A stretch of DNA of 64,000 nt from NCBI GenBank assembly GCA_965221695.1, contig OZ244905.1, positions 1,312,001 to 1,376,000 on the forward strand, given 5' to 3'. The position numbers were made by a program, and so were the translations under genes. Shown piece after piece: positions 18,832 through 27,383 of the stretch (position 1 is its first letter; every line of letters begins with the position of its first letter). The notes below the pieces were generated by a model. That model was given only the letters and a program-made list of their open reading frames with translations. It did not search any database and was not told where the DNA came from. Origin of the DNA: Gammaproteobacteria bacterium. Lineage in GTDB: Bacteria > Pseudomonadota > Gammaproteobacteria > Eutrophobiales > Eutrophobiaceae.

Positions 18832-21132
18832 GAAATCCTTACGGACTTCAAGACCGAAGCTGCGCGGACGGTTGGTCATTATGCGCGGGCGTCCGGGCTT
18901 CTCCGCGGCGATGGAGCGATTATCCGACAGGTTGGCATGTTCGTTGGTCGCGTTTTTGACAAACAGGGCGATATCCCAACTGCCGGCCTGGAAAGCGCCG
19001 ATACGGATATTGAGCAACTCGAAGGAATCTCTGACCCGCGGCGGCAATGTGCCGCTGTTATTTCCACTCAGGCTGTCGCCGTAATGGGAAAAATCACCGC
19101 GCACATAGCCTTCCCACGTGGAAAACAGCGGGAAACTGTATTCAGCGGCCGCATTGAAAGTAACTTCCGGAACCTGGGTCACGCGATCGCCGGCGGCAGT
19201 GCCTGCCAGCGGATTTCCTGAAGTCAGTTTGGCATCGGTATAGCCGAACCCTAAGGACAGGTTCAAGCCCTCCATCGGAACGGCTTGCAGTTCAACTTCA
19301 ACTCCCTTGTTGTCTGCCTCCCCGGAATTGGCTACGTATTGGAAACCGCAGGCCAGCCGGTTCGTTTGCAGGATATCGCTCCAGTTGATGTTGAAAGCCG
19401 CGACATTCAGGTTAACCCGGTCATCAAACCAGGATGACTTCATGCCAAGCTCGAAATTCCACAGCGAGTCTGAATTGAAGTCTCTTACATCGGCGCTGGT
19501 GATGCCCAGGCTCGCTATTTCATCGGCGCAAAGCAGTTCCGGCACAGACAGGTTCACCCCACCGACGCGAAAACCCTTGGATGCGGAGCCGTAAACCATC
19601 ATGTCTTCGGATACATCAAGCTCCACCAGGACCTTGGGAACCACTTCGGAACTGCTCTGCTTGGTCCTCGGCAGCACAACCGGGCCGCTATTGACAAACC
19701 CGCCCCTGTCAGAATCGAAATCGATGGTCGTGTCGGACCAGCGCGCGCCGGCGGTCAACCTGAGGTTCTCGGTCAGCCTCAGCGTCAACTCGCCGAATAC
19801 CGCGATCTCTTCCGTATCCTGGTCATCGTAGGTATAAAATACCAGGTCGGAACCGAGCAGGCCGGGAGGTACCGGCACCGGAAACCCGGGGACAATGCCT
19901 GTCAGCGCTGCGTTCAGCGCGCCGGTAAACTGTTCATTGACGCCGGGCGCGAAAGAAGGCGGATACTCAAGAATATGCTCCCGGTTCTCGTAGAATACAC
20001 CCAGGGTCAGCGCCACATTGTCAAACGGCAGATCGCCGAAATCGGTGATCAAACGGGTTTCATGCACAAACGAGCTGTCCTCTTCCGTTTCGGAGATTTG
20101 ACTCGGGATGTGCGGCTCAGGCACGCCGTTGGCCGCAAACACCAAGCCATCCAGGGTGCCGGTCTGGTCCTCGTACTCCTCGACATCGCGGTCATACTTT
20201 GCCGTGGTAGATACGATTTCACCGAACCCGGTGTCGATATTGACTGTCACGCTGCCCAGCCACCATTCTTCATCGCCGGGTTCTTCGATGTTGTTATGCC
20301 GGGGCACGTTAAAATTGCCGGGCTTGATATCGGCCAGCGGCAGGTTATCCGATTTTGTGCGCTGATACATGAAGCGGGGCCTGATGCTGATGTTGTCGGA
20401 CGCATTCCAGAGAAACGAGATAGCGCCGCCATAGAACTCATCGTCATCGACATTGGTCGCGGTATTGAACGCAGGCCGGTTGGAACCGGCTATATGTAAC
20501 CGATCAAATACCCCGGAATTTTCCGCATAGTAAAACAGCGCGCGGGCACCCAGCACGCCTTCCACTATGGGGGCGTTCACGCTGCCGTCCACCCGCCAGT
20601 TCAGGCCTCCTTCTTTTATGTCCGATATCGACGTGCGCAGATAACCATCCAACTCCTCCGTATGGGCTTGTTTGGTGATCACACGTACAGTCCCGCCCAT
20701 GGAGCGGGCGCCGTAGAGAGTGCCTTGCGGGCCGCGCAAGACCTCAACGCGCGAGATGTCCGAGACCCGCGGGTTCATGTATTCCGGAACCGGTATGTCA
20801 TCGATATAGAACCCGGTCGCGCCGACCACGCCGCCACCGGCCACGCCGCGGATTGCTGGAGAGCCCGCGTTGAAACGGCCATCGGCCTCATTGCTGAAAC
20901 CCAGGTTGGGAATCTTCACGCCATAGTCGAATATGCCCTCGGCGCCGATTCGTTGCAGCTCAAACTCGCCCAAGGCCGTGATGGACATGGCCGTATCCTG
21001 CAGGCTGGTCTCGCGCTTGGTCGCAGTAACGAGTATCTCTTCAATCACTTGCGCCGGCGCCGCAGCCACTGCGCACAGCAGATATATAATCACCCAGCAT
21101 CGTATACGGGCGATGTTTTTTGTTGTATTCAT
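18829..21132 (-). CDS. TonB-dependent receptor
   Basis: EEILVTATKRE, RVEVLRGPQGTLYG, C-terminal Phe; ATG 21132. Confidence 0.92.
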   Translation of the reverse strand: MNTTKNIARIRCWVIIYLLCAVAAAPAQVIEEILVTATKRETSLQDTAMSITALGEFELQRIGAEGIFDYGVKIPNLGFSNEADGRFNAGSPAIRGVAGGGVVGATGFYIDDIPVPEYMNPRVSDISRVEVLRGPQGTLYGARSMGGTVRVITKQAHTEELDGYLRTSISDIKEGGLNWRVDGSVNAPIVEGVLGARALFYYAENSGVFDRLHIAGSNRPAFNTATNVDDDEFYGGAISFLWNASDNISIRPRFMYQRTKSDNLPLADIKPGNFNVPRHNNIEEPGDEEWWLGSVTVNIDTGFGEIVSTTAKYDRDVEEYEDQTGTLDGLVFAANGVPEPHIPSQISETEEDSSFVHETRLITDFGDLPFDNVALTLGVFYENREHILEYPPSFAPGVNEQFTGALNAALTGIVPGFPVPVPPGLLGSDLVFYTYDDQDTEEIAVFGELTLRLTENLRLTAGARWSDTTIDFDSDRGGFVNSGPVVLPRTKQSSSEVVPKVLVELDVSEDMMVYGSASKGFRVGGVNLSVPELLCADEIASLGITSADVRDFNSDSLWNFELGMKSSWFDDRVNLNVAAFNINWSDILQTNRLACGFQYVANSGEADNKGVEVELQAVPMEGLNLSLGFGYTDAKLTSGNPLAGTAAGDRVTQVPEVTFNAAAEYSFPLFSTWEGYVRGDFSHYGDSLSGNNSGTLPPRVRDSFELLNIRIGAFQAGSWDIALFVKNATNEHANLSDNRSIAAEKPGRPRIMTNRPRSFGLEVRKDF

Positions 21133-21257
21133 AACAGTCCTCCACACAGAGGTATTTACATAATTTGACAGAACTTATTTTTACTGCTTGAATTAACAGA
21201 GTGTTATCCTTATTGCGCAATAAAGTCGTATTTTTCAAACAAATTCGGTGAATTAGC

Positions 21258-22250
21258 GTGATGGAATATCCGATTTGCGCAAAAAAGCCCGCCATCTGGC
21301 AGCATCAACATCGGGACATTGATGAACAGGCCGCGCGCCTTACCGGTTACGATCAATCTTACCAGCAGATAAGCAAGGGTTCTTTCCGTGGCACGTTTAC
21401 CACCTGCCACCTGGACCCGGAAATGACCCTGTTTTTTGAATCGACCAACCAGGTGCTGTACCAGAATGCCGCGGTTCCGCCGAAATATTACGCCATCGGC
21501 CTGTTGATGAACACCGACCGAACGCTGGTGTTGAATTGTGAGCCTTTCCCGAAAGGTTCGGCGTTTATTCTTCCTCCCGGCTCCGAGATGGAGGGCATTT
21601 CGTCCCCCGACATGAAAATCTGCATCATCCATATCTCCAGTGACCTCTTGCAGCGAACGCTGCAGCGCCAGTACGAGGAACCGGATCTATTCAAGCCGCG
21701 CTATATTCCCTACCGCCTCATTAACAACGAAAAGGACACGCGACCGCTGTGTGCACTGCTGGAAGATGTTCAGACCGGCGCGGAGCAAGCGGCTCTGTGC
21801 CTGGACAGCGCAAACCAGTTGGCGGCGATGAAAAATGCGCTGGCAGAAACGATATGCTCCGTGTTTATCACAAACAAGCAGCAAAGTCGGGACAGATCCG
21901 GCATCACGACAATAACCCGGCGTCACCGGCTGTTTCATGACGCGCTGGATATTATCAGGGACAACCTGTCCGAGGAGCTGACCGTCGGCAAATTGTGCGA
22001 AGAGTTGTCGGCCTCGCGGCGCACACTGGAATACGTGTTCAACGAAAACATCAGGATGAGCCCGGCCAAGTATATCAGGGCCTGGCGCCTGAATAATATC
22101 AGGCGGGAAATCATCGCGATGGAACCCCGGCCCTTGGGCGATATTGCGGCGAAATGGGGCATCTGGCACCTGGGCCGCTTCGCAAAGGATTACCACCAAC
22201 TGTTCGGCGAACTGCCCTCAGCGACCAAAGAAAGCGCCGGCGGGCGTTAA
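21258..22250 (+). CDS. AraC-family (EutR-like) regulator
   Basis: YQQISKGSFRG N-terminus; IAAKWGIWHLGRFAKDYHQLFGELPS. Confidence 0.9.
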   Translation: MMEYPICAKKPAIWQHQHRDIDEQAARLTGYDQSYQQISKGSFRGTFTTCHLDPEMTLFFESTNQVLYQNAAVPPKYYAIGLLMNTDRTLVLNCEPFPKGSAFILPPGSEMEGISSPDMKICIIHISSDLLQRTLQRQYEEPDLFKPRYIPYRLINNEKDTRPLCALLEDVQTGAEQAALCLDSANQLAAMKNALAETICSVFITNKQQSRDRSGITTITRRHRLFHDALDIIRDNLSEELTVGKLCEELSASRRTLEYVFNENIRMSPAKYIRAWRLNNIRREIIAMEPRPLGDIAAKWGIWHLGRFAKDYHQLFGELPSATKESAGGR

Positions 22251-23351
22251 TTAAGCACGCGCTTCCTGAACTCGGATGGACTCGACCCTGCTATCCTCCT
22301 GGCGCAATACGCCGCGGCGGAGTTGGTCTTGCTCTATGGACTCGAACAATGCCTGAAAATTGCCCTCGCCGAAACCTTCGTTGCCTTTGCGCTGGATGAT
22401 TTCAAAGAAAATCGGCCCTATCACGTTTTCGGTAAAGATCTGCAACAACAGACCCTTGCCTTCACCGGGCGCGCCGTCGATCAGTATATGGCGCTGCCTG
22501 AGCGCCTGCAGATCTTCTCTGTGGCCGGGCAAACGCTGGTCCACGCTTTCATAATATGTGTCCGGCGTGGTCTGGAATTCCACGCCGCGACAGCGTAAAG
22601 CGTCCACGGTCGCATAGATATCGTCCGTTGCCATCGCTATATGCTGTATGCCTTCCCCGCGGTATTCGCTCAGGTATTCCTCAATTTGTGATTTGTCGTC
22701 GGCGGACTCGTTGATCGGGATGCGTATTTTGCCGCAAGGGCTGACCATCGCGCGGCTTTTCAAGCCGGTCAGCCTGCCTTCTATATCGAAGTATTGCAAT
22801 TCCCTGAAGTTGAATAACTTTTGGTAGAAATCCGCCCACTTGTCCATATTGCCGCGGTGCACATTATGGGTAAGGTGGTCCACTGACGCGAGCCTGGTCT
22901 CCACGTTGCGCCGCTCGACGTCGAGCGGAACAAAATCCACATCGTAGATGGTCCTGTCCCCATATCGGTCAACCAGGTACAAGCGGCTGCCGCCGATACC
23001 GGCAAGCGCGGGGATATTCAATTCCATTGGCCCGGCCCGGGTCTCAACTGCTTGCGCGCCCAACTCGAGCGCGCTGGCATAGGCGCTGGCCGCGTCCCTG
23101 ACCCGAAATGCGACCGCACAAATGGACGGCCCGTGCTGTTCCGCAAAGCGCCGGGCAAAACTGTCCGGCTCGGCGTTGATAATAAAATTGATATCGCCCT
23201 GGGCGTGCAAGGTCACATTCTTGCTGCGATGTTGCGCAGTTGCGGGAAAGCCCATTGTTTCAAACAGGCGCCGCAGCAACGCCGGGTCGGGCGCGGTGTA
23301 TTCGATAAACTCAAACCCATCGGTACCCATGGGGTTATGCTTGTCAGCCAT
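22251..23351 (-). CDS. hppD: 4-hydroxyphenylpyruvate dioxygenase
   Basis: NPMGTDGFEFIEY, DHLTHNV, GEGIQHIA, GFGEGNFQALFESIE; ATG 23351 is 7 nt after AGGAGG. Confidence 0.96.
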   Translation of the reverse strand: MADKHNPMGTDGFEFIEYTAPDPALLRRLFETMGFPATAQHRSKNVTLHAQGDINFIINAEPDSFARRFAEQHGPSICAVAFRVRDAASAYASALELGAQAVETRAGPMELNIPALAGIGGSRLYLVDRYGDRTIYDVDFVPLDVERRNVETRLASVDHLTHNVHRGNMDKWADFYQKLFNFRELQYFDIEGRLTGLKSRAMVSPCGKIRIPINESADDKSQIEEYLSEYRGEGIQHIAMATDDIYATVDALRCRGVEFQTTPDTYYESVDQRLPGHREDLQALRQRHILIDGAPGEGKGLLLQIFTENVIGPIFFEIIQRKGNEGFGEGNFQALFESIEQDQLRRGVLRQEDSRVESIRVQEARA

Positions 23352-23372
23352 GAGCATTCCTCCTGTTCTGAA

Positions 23373-23416
23373 ATAGTTGCTGTTGCAACAAATATTAGTT
23401 GCACGAACAACTTTTG
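23373..23416. promoter_or_regulatory. two imperfect palindromic operators between hppD and the MarR gene
   Basis: ATAGTTGCTGTTGCAACAAAT and TTAGTTGCACGAACAACTTTT. Confidence 0.6.
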
Positions 23417-23480
23417 TCAAGCGCTTCGATGGAAGTCCGGGTCGTACTTCGCGCACGACCACGACGGGCGCGCTTGATTT

Positions 23481-23975
23481 GTGGTAAAGAAGGCTATATG
23501 TTGCCGATCGTTATCGCCGGAGCCTGGCGTATTGCAACAGCGCGAACCATTACGACTTGAAGCATTTCTACCCTACAGGTTGTCCCTGCTGTCGAATGCC
23601 GTCAGCGGGGCTATCGCTGAAGTTTACGGGGACAGGTTTGCACTATCGATGCCGGAGTGGCGTATTATGATGATCCTGGCCGAGTATCCTGACATCTCTG
23701 CAGAAGAAGTCTGCCGCCGCACAAAAATTGAAAAGTCCGTCGTATCCAGGGCGGTGGCGCGGCTGCTCAAACGGCATTTCATCCACCGGGATGTGGATGA
23801 AAACGACCGGCGCCGCTCCATATTGAGACTGTCGGAAACCGGCTTGTCCGTTTATGATGAAGTCATGCCCATCGCCCGGGATTACGAAACAAGTTTATTG
23901 GCGGACTTGACCGAGGAAGAGCTGGAGACGTTCAACGCGATGATTGACAGGCTGATGGAAAAGGCGACTATTTAA
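23481..23975 (+). CDS. MarR-family regulator (true start probably downstream)
   Basis: LEAFLPYRLSLLSN, EWRI, DRRRSILRLSETG. Confidence 0.9.
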   Translation: MVKKAICCRSLSPEPGVLQQREPLRLEAFLPYRLSLLSNAVSGAIAEVYGDRFALSMPEWRIMMILAEYPDISAEEVCRRTKIEKSVVSRAVARLLKRHFIHRDVDENDRRRSILRLSETGLSVYDEVMPIARDYETSLLADLTEEELETFNAMIDRLMEKATI

Positions 23976-23979
23976 TCTA

Positions 23980-24008
23980 CTGGATTCCCGTTTGCACGGG
24001 AATGGTAC
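23980..24008. repeat. F3 REP-like half (A')
   Basis: CTGGATTCCCGTTTGCACGGGAATGGTAC; same as 45790-45815. Confidence 0.75.
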
Positions 24009-24027
24009 AGTGCATGGGTTATACAAC

Positions 24028-24255
24028 AAGAGAACCTCTGATTAAGTCAGAAGTTCCCACGATACAAGGATGTATCGTCACAAATCAGCCTGGAGCGGAT
24101 TTGGACATCCGAAGGATGCCCGAAGGGTGTGCGTCATGGACGGTGCACATCAATATCAATGACTGTAAGGCATTGATATTGTGAGGAAAACAAAAATCGC
24201 ATTTTTGTTTTCCGTACTCTGACAAGTCCAGGATGGACTTGTTCAGAGTTTCCCA
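24028..24255 (-). mobile_element. F1 element, long form, inverted
   Basis: Reverse complement of 4926-5154 with a few substitutions. Confidence 0.9.
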
Positions 24256-24277
24256 AGATTTAACAGGAGAAGATAGT

Positions 24278-25363
24278 ATGGAATTAGCCGTTCTTGGCGG
24301 TGGCCACGGTTGTTATGCCGCCGCCGCTACGCTGACCGAGCAAGGCCACCAGGTGCGTTTCTGGCGCCGCGATAAGGTGGCGTTTGAGCCGGTACTGAAA
24401 ACAAAAACCGTTACCCTGCTCGACAGCAAGGGGGAACGGGACGTTGAAATACACCAGGCAACCACTGACCTGGCCGAAGCAATCAACGGTGTGGAGTTGA
24501 TTGTAATCCCCCTGCCGGCGCTGGTCCATGAAGCCCTGGCACGCGAGCTGGCGCCGCACTTGCGGGATGGCCAGGTCGTGTACCTGCCACCCGGAACGTT
24601 CGGCAGCTACCTGTTTGCCCGGGCCTTGCGGGACGCCGGCAACCTTGCTGACGTCAGTTTTGCGGAAACCGGCACCCTGCCCTACCTGGCCAGGAAACGT
24701 TCTGCCAGCCTGGTTGCAGTCAGTGGCTATGCCACCCGCCTGCCCAGCGGAGTGTTCCCGGCAAAAAATTCGGATTACGCATTCCCCATTCTGGAACAGG
24801 CGTATCCCGCTGTGGAGCGTATTGAAGACGCGTTAAGCGGCGCCTTGATGAATGCCGGCCCGATTATTCATCCGCCCCTGATCCTGATGAATGCCGGGCC
24901 CATGGAGCATTTCGAGCGCTGGGATATTCATAACGAAGGCACGCAAGCGTCCATTCGGCGGGTAACCGACACGCTTGACGGAGAAAGAATTGCAATCCGC
25001 GAGGCGTTTGGTTATGCACCACCCCATTTTCCGTTGGCCGACCATTACCGGCCGGATGGCGATGAGTGGATGTACGGGAATGCCGCCCATGAAAGACTCA
25101 CGGACAGCGGCGACTGGCGCGAACATATCGACCTGAAAACACACCGCTATATGATCGAGGATGTCGAACTGGGACTGGCGCTGTTGGTCTCCTGCGCCGG
25201 CTACCTGGGCCTGGATGCGCCCATCAGCCGCGGCATGCTGGCCATGGGGTCCGCCATCACCGGGCGGAATTTTCTTGAGACGGGTCGAACCTTGGAGAAC
25301 CTGGGAGTTGCCGATATGGACCGTGCCGCCCTGGCTGAATTGTTGTATGAGGGAATCCGCTGA
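24278..25363 (+). CDS. NAD/NADP opine (octopine/nopaline) dehydrogenase-family protein
   Basis: VLGGGHG, ETGTLPY, NAGPIIHPP, HRYMIED; ATG 24278 after AGGAG. Confidence 0.88.
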   Translation: MELAVLGGGHGCYAAAATLTEQGHQVRFWRRDKVAFEPVLKTKTVTLLDSKGERDVEIHQATTDLAEAINGVELIVIPLPALVHEALARELAPHLRDGQVVYLPPGTFGSYLFARALRDAGNLADVSFAETGTLPYLARKRSASLVAVSGYATRLPSGVFPAKNSDYAFPILEQAYPAVERIEDALSGALMNAGPIIHPPLILMNAGPMEHFERWDIHNEGTQASIRRVTDTLDGERIAIREAFGYAPPHFPLADHYRPDGDEWMYGNAAHERLTDSGDWREHIDLKTHRYMIEDVELGLALLVSCAGYLGLDAPISRGMLAMGSAITGRNFLETGRTLENLGVADMDRAALAELLYEGIR

Positions 25364-25461
25364 TGACGCAGATTTTTTTATGCCACAGAGGGCACAGAGA
25401 TCACAAAGTGGGCCGAATATCCGTTCAACATCTGTGCTACTTGGATGCTCAGTAATTTATC

Positions 25462-25534
25462 ATGGGAAGCTCTGAACAAGTCCATCCTGGACTTGTCAGA
25501 GTACGGAACATCTGACTTAATCAGAGGTTCCTTA
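25462..25534 (+). mobile_element. F1 element, short form (73 bp; left and right hairpins only)
   Basis: GGAAGCTCTGAACAAGTCCATCCTGGACTTGTCAGAGTACGGAACATCTGACTTAATCAGAGGTTCCTTA. Confidence 0.88.
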
Positions 25535-25536
25535 AG

Positions 25537-26526
25537 ATGGGGGTGATGAAGGATAAACGCATCCTGGCCGCCGGCGCCGGACGAATGGGCAGAGGCATTG
25601 CCCACATGTTCGCGTATGCCGGCTACCCGGTGGCGCTGCTTGACGTCAAGGACCGCGACGAGGACGGATTCAGCCAACTGGTTGATGCGGCGCTGGCTGA
25701 AATTGAGGCAAACCTGACGTTCCTGTCCGGGCTCGGCCACATCAGCCCTGCGCAGGTAAACAAGGTCCTCGACCTCATCGAGGTCAAACCCAAGGCAAGC
25801 GCGCCTACAGCGATAGGCGCGGCCGATGTCATCATCGAAGCGGTACCGGAGACCCTGGAAGCAAAAAAGCATGCGCTTGAACTGATAGGGGAACATGCCG
25901 GCGCCGATGCGATAACGACCTCGACCACCTCTTCCATGCTCGTGACTGAACTGCAACAGTGGGTGGCGCAACCGGAGCGGTTCCTGAACACACATTTTCT
26001 GAACCCTGCCTACCTTATTCCGCTGGTGGAGGTCAGCCCCGCTCCGGATACCGCGGAAAGTGTGACGCTGGATATCATTGCCCTGTTCGAATCCATCGGC
26101 AAGGCGCCGGTCAGGTGTGCGGCAGCGCCGGGTTATATCATCCCGCGCCTGCAATCGTTGCTGATGGCCGAAGCCTGCCGCATGGTGGAGGAAGGCGTGG
26201 CGACCCCGGCCGAGATCGACAAGGCTATTACCCACGGTTTCGGCCCGCGCTATGCCACCCTGGGCGTGATGGAATTCATCGACTGGGGCGGCGTCGATAT
26301 TCTCTACTATGCCGGCCACTACCTCTCAAAGGCGCTGGATTCCCCGCGCCATGCCCCACCGGAGGAAGTATCCAGGATGATGCAGGACGGGCGCAAGGGC
26401 ATGCGTGAAGGCCGTGGCTATTACGATTTCCGCGACATGGATGTGGATGCCTGGCAAAAGGAAAAGCTGACCCGGTTCGTCACCCTGCTGGGTAGCCTCG
26501 GTCAGATCCCGAAACCCGGAGTTTAA
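25537..26526 (+). CDS. 3-hydroxybutyryl/3-hydroxyacyl-CoA dehydrogenase
   Basis: GAGRMGRGIA, EAVPE, HFLNPAYLIPLVEV. Confidence 0.9.
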   Translation: MGVMKDKRILAAGAGRMGRGIAHMFAYAGYPVALLDVKDRDEDGFSQLVDAALAEIEANLTFLSGLGHISPAQVNKVLDLIEVKPKASAPTAIGAADVIIEAVPETLEAKKHALELIGEHAGADAITTSTTSSMLVTELQQWVAQPERFLNTHFLNPAYLIPLVEVSPAPDTAESVTLDIIALFESIGKAPVRCAAAPGYIIPRLQSLLMAEACRMVEEGVATPAEIDKAITHGFGPRYATLGVMEFIDWGGVDILYYAGHYLSKALDSPRHAPPEEVSRMMQDGRKGMREGRGYYDFRDMDVDAWQKEKLTRFVTLLGSLGQIPKPGV

Positions 26527-27146
26527 CCGCCAATGTCGATAATTCCCTTTTCCTTCATATAGTTGATAATGATGTCAACCTCTTGCGCAAGCGTCATTTG
26601 ATCACTGCGGAGATGGATCTCTGGACATTCAGGTTCCTCGTAAGGATCGTCAATACCGGTAAAGTTCCTGATCTCCCCGGCCCTGGCTTTTTTGTACAAG
26701 CCCTTGGGGTCGCGCTGCTCAGCGGTCTCCAGGGAGCAATCCACATGTATTTCGATAAAGTCGAAGCCCGCTTCCCGGTGCAGTTGCCGCACCTGATCGC
26801 GGTCCGCCCGGTAAGGACTGATGAAAGCGGATAGAACCAGCAGGCCCGCATCCACAAACAGCTTGGATATCTCACCGATGCGCCGGATGTTCTCGGTCCG
26901 ATCCTCTGCCGAGAAGCCCAGGTTCCTGTTGATACCCATGCGGATATTGTCACCGTCCAGCCGGTAGCTGAGCTTGCCGTGTTCATAAAGAACCGCTTCG
27001 AGCGCCACCGCAATGGTACTCTTGCCACTGCCGGAAAGGCCGGTAAACCAGAGCGTCGCGCCTTTCTGACCCAGAAACCGGTTCCGGTCCGCGCGGGTGA
27101 TATCTCCTTCATGCCAATGCACATTGGTTGCTTTTTGTATTGTCAT
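26523..27146 (-). CDS. cysC: adenylyl-sulfate kinase
   Basis: WFTGLSGSGKSTIA, LDGDNIR, RDPKGLYKKARAG, FTGIDDPYE. Confidence 0.96.
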   Translation of the reverse strand: MTIQKATNVHWHEGDITRADRNRFLGQKGATLWFTGLSGSGKSTIAVALEAVLYEHGKLSYRLDGDNIRMGINRNLGFSAEDRTENIRRIGEISKLFVDAGLLVLSAFISPYRADRDQVRQLHREAGFDFIEIHVDCSLETAEQRDPKGLYKKARAGEIRNFTGIDDPYEEPECPEIHLRSDQMTLAQEVDIIINYMKEKGIIDIGG

Positions 27147-27383
27147 TCTCTACACCCGTGTCCCATTGCTACAGTTTAACATGTGCCGGATTGCGCGCGG
27201 ATAATCCAGGCAGATCGTAATCAGCCTGTTTGCCGGTAGCGAGGAATACGGAGAGCAGTTGCAAAGGTATGTTGGTATTCCACAAGAGGTATCAGGTGGT
27301 TGTTCTGCATAGGGAAAATACGGCATTGCATAAATTTCTGCCCGCTTATGGTACTAGAATAAATCCCGATCGATCTTTCTATC

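Noticed and set aside
24002-24277. Short ORFs 4998..5192, 24002..24184, 30724..30930, 52410..52646 and the MDLFRVSQ extension of the opine dehydrogenase
   Set aside because: All are translations of the F1 repeat; the RBS supports ATG 24278
25378-26319. Long antisense ORFs (also 9901..10569, 28308..29093, 51641..52453, 57217..57933, 60706..61422)
   Set aside because: They overlap well-supported genes on the opposite strand and have no motifs
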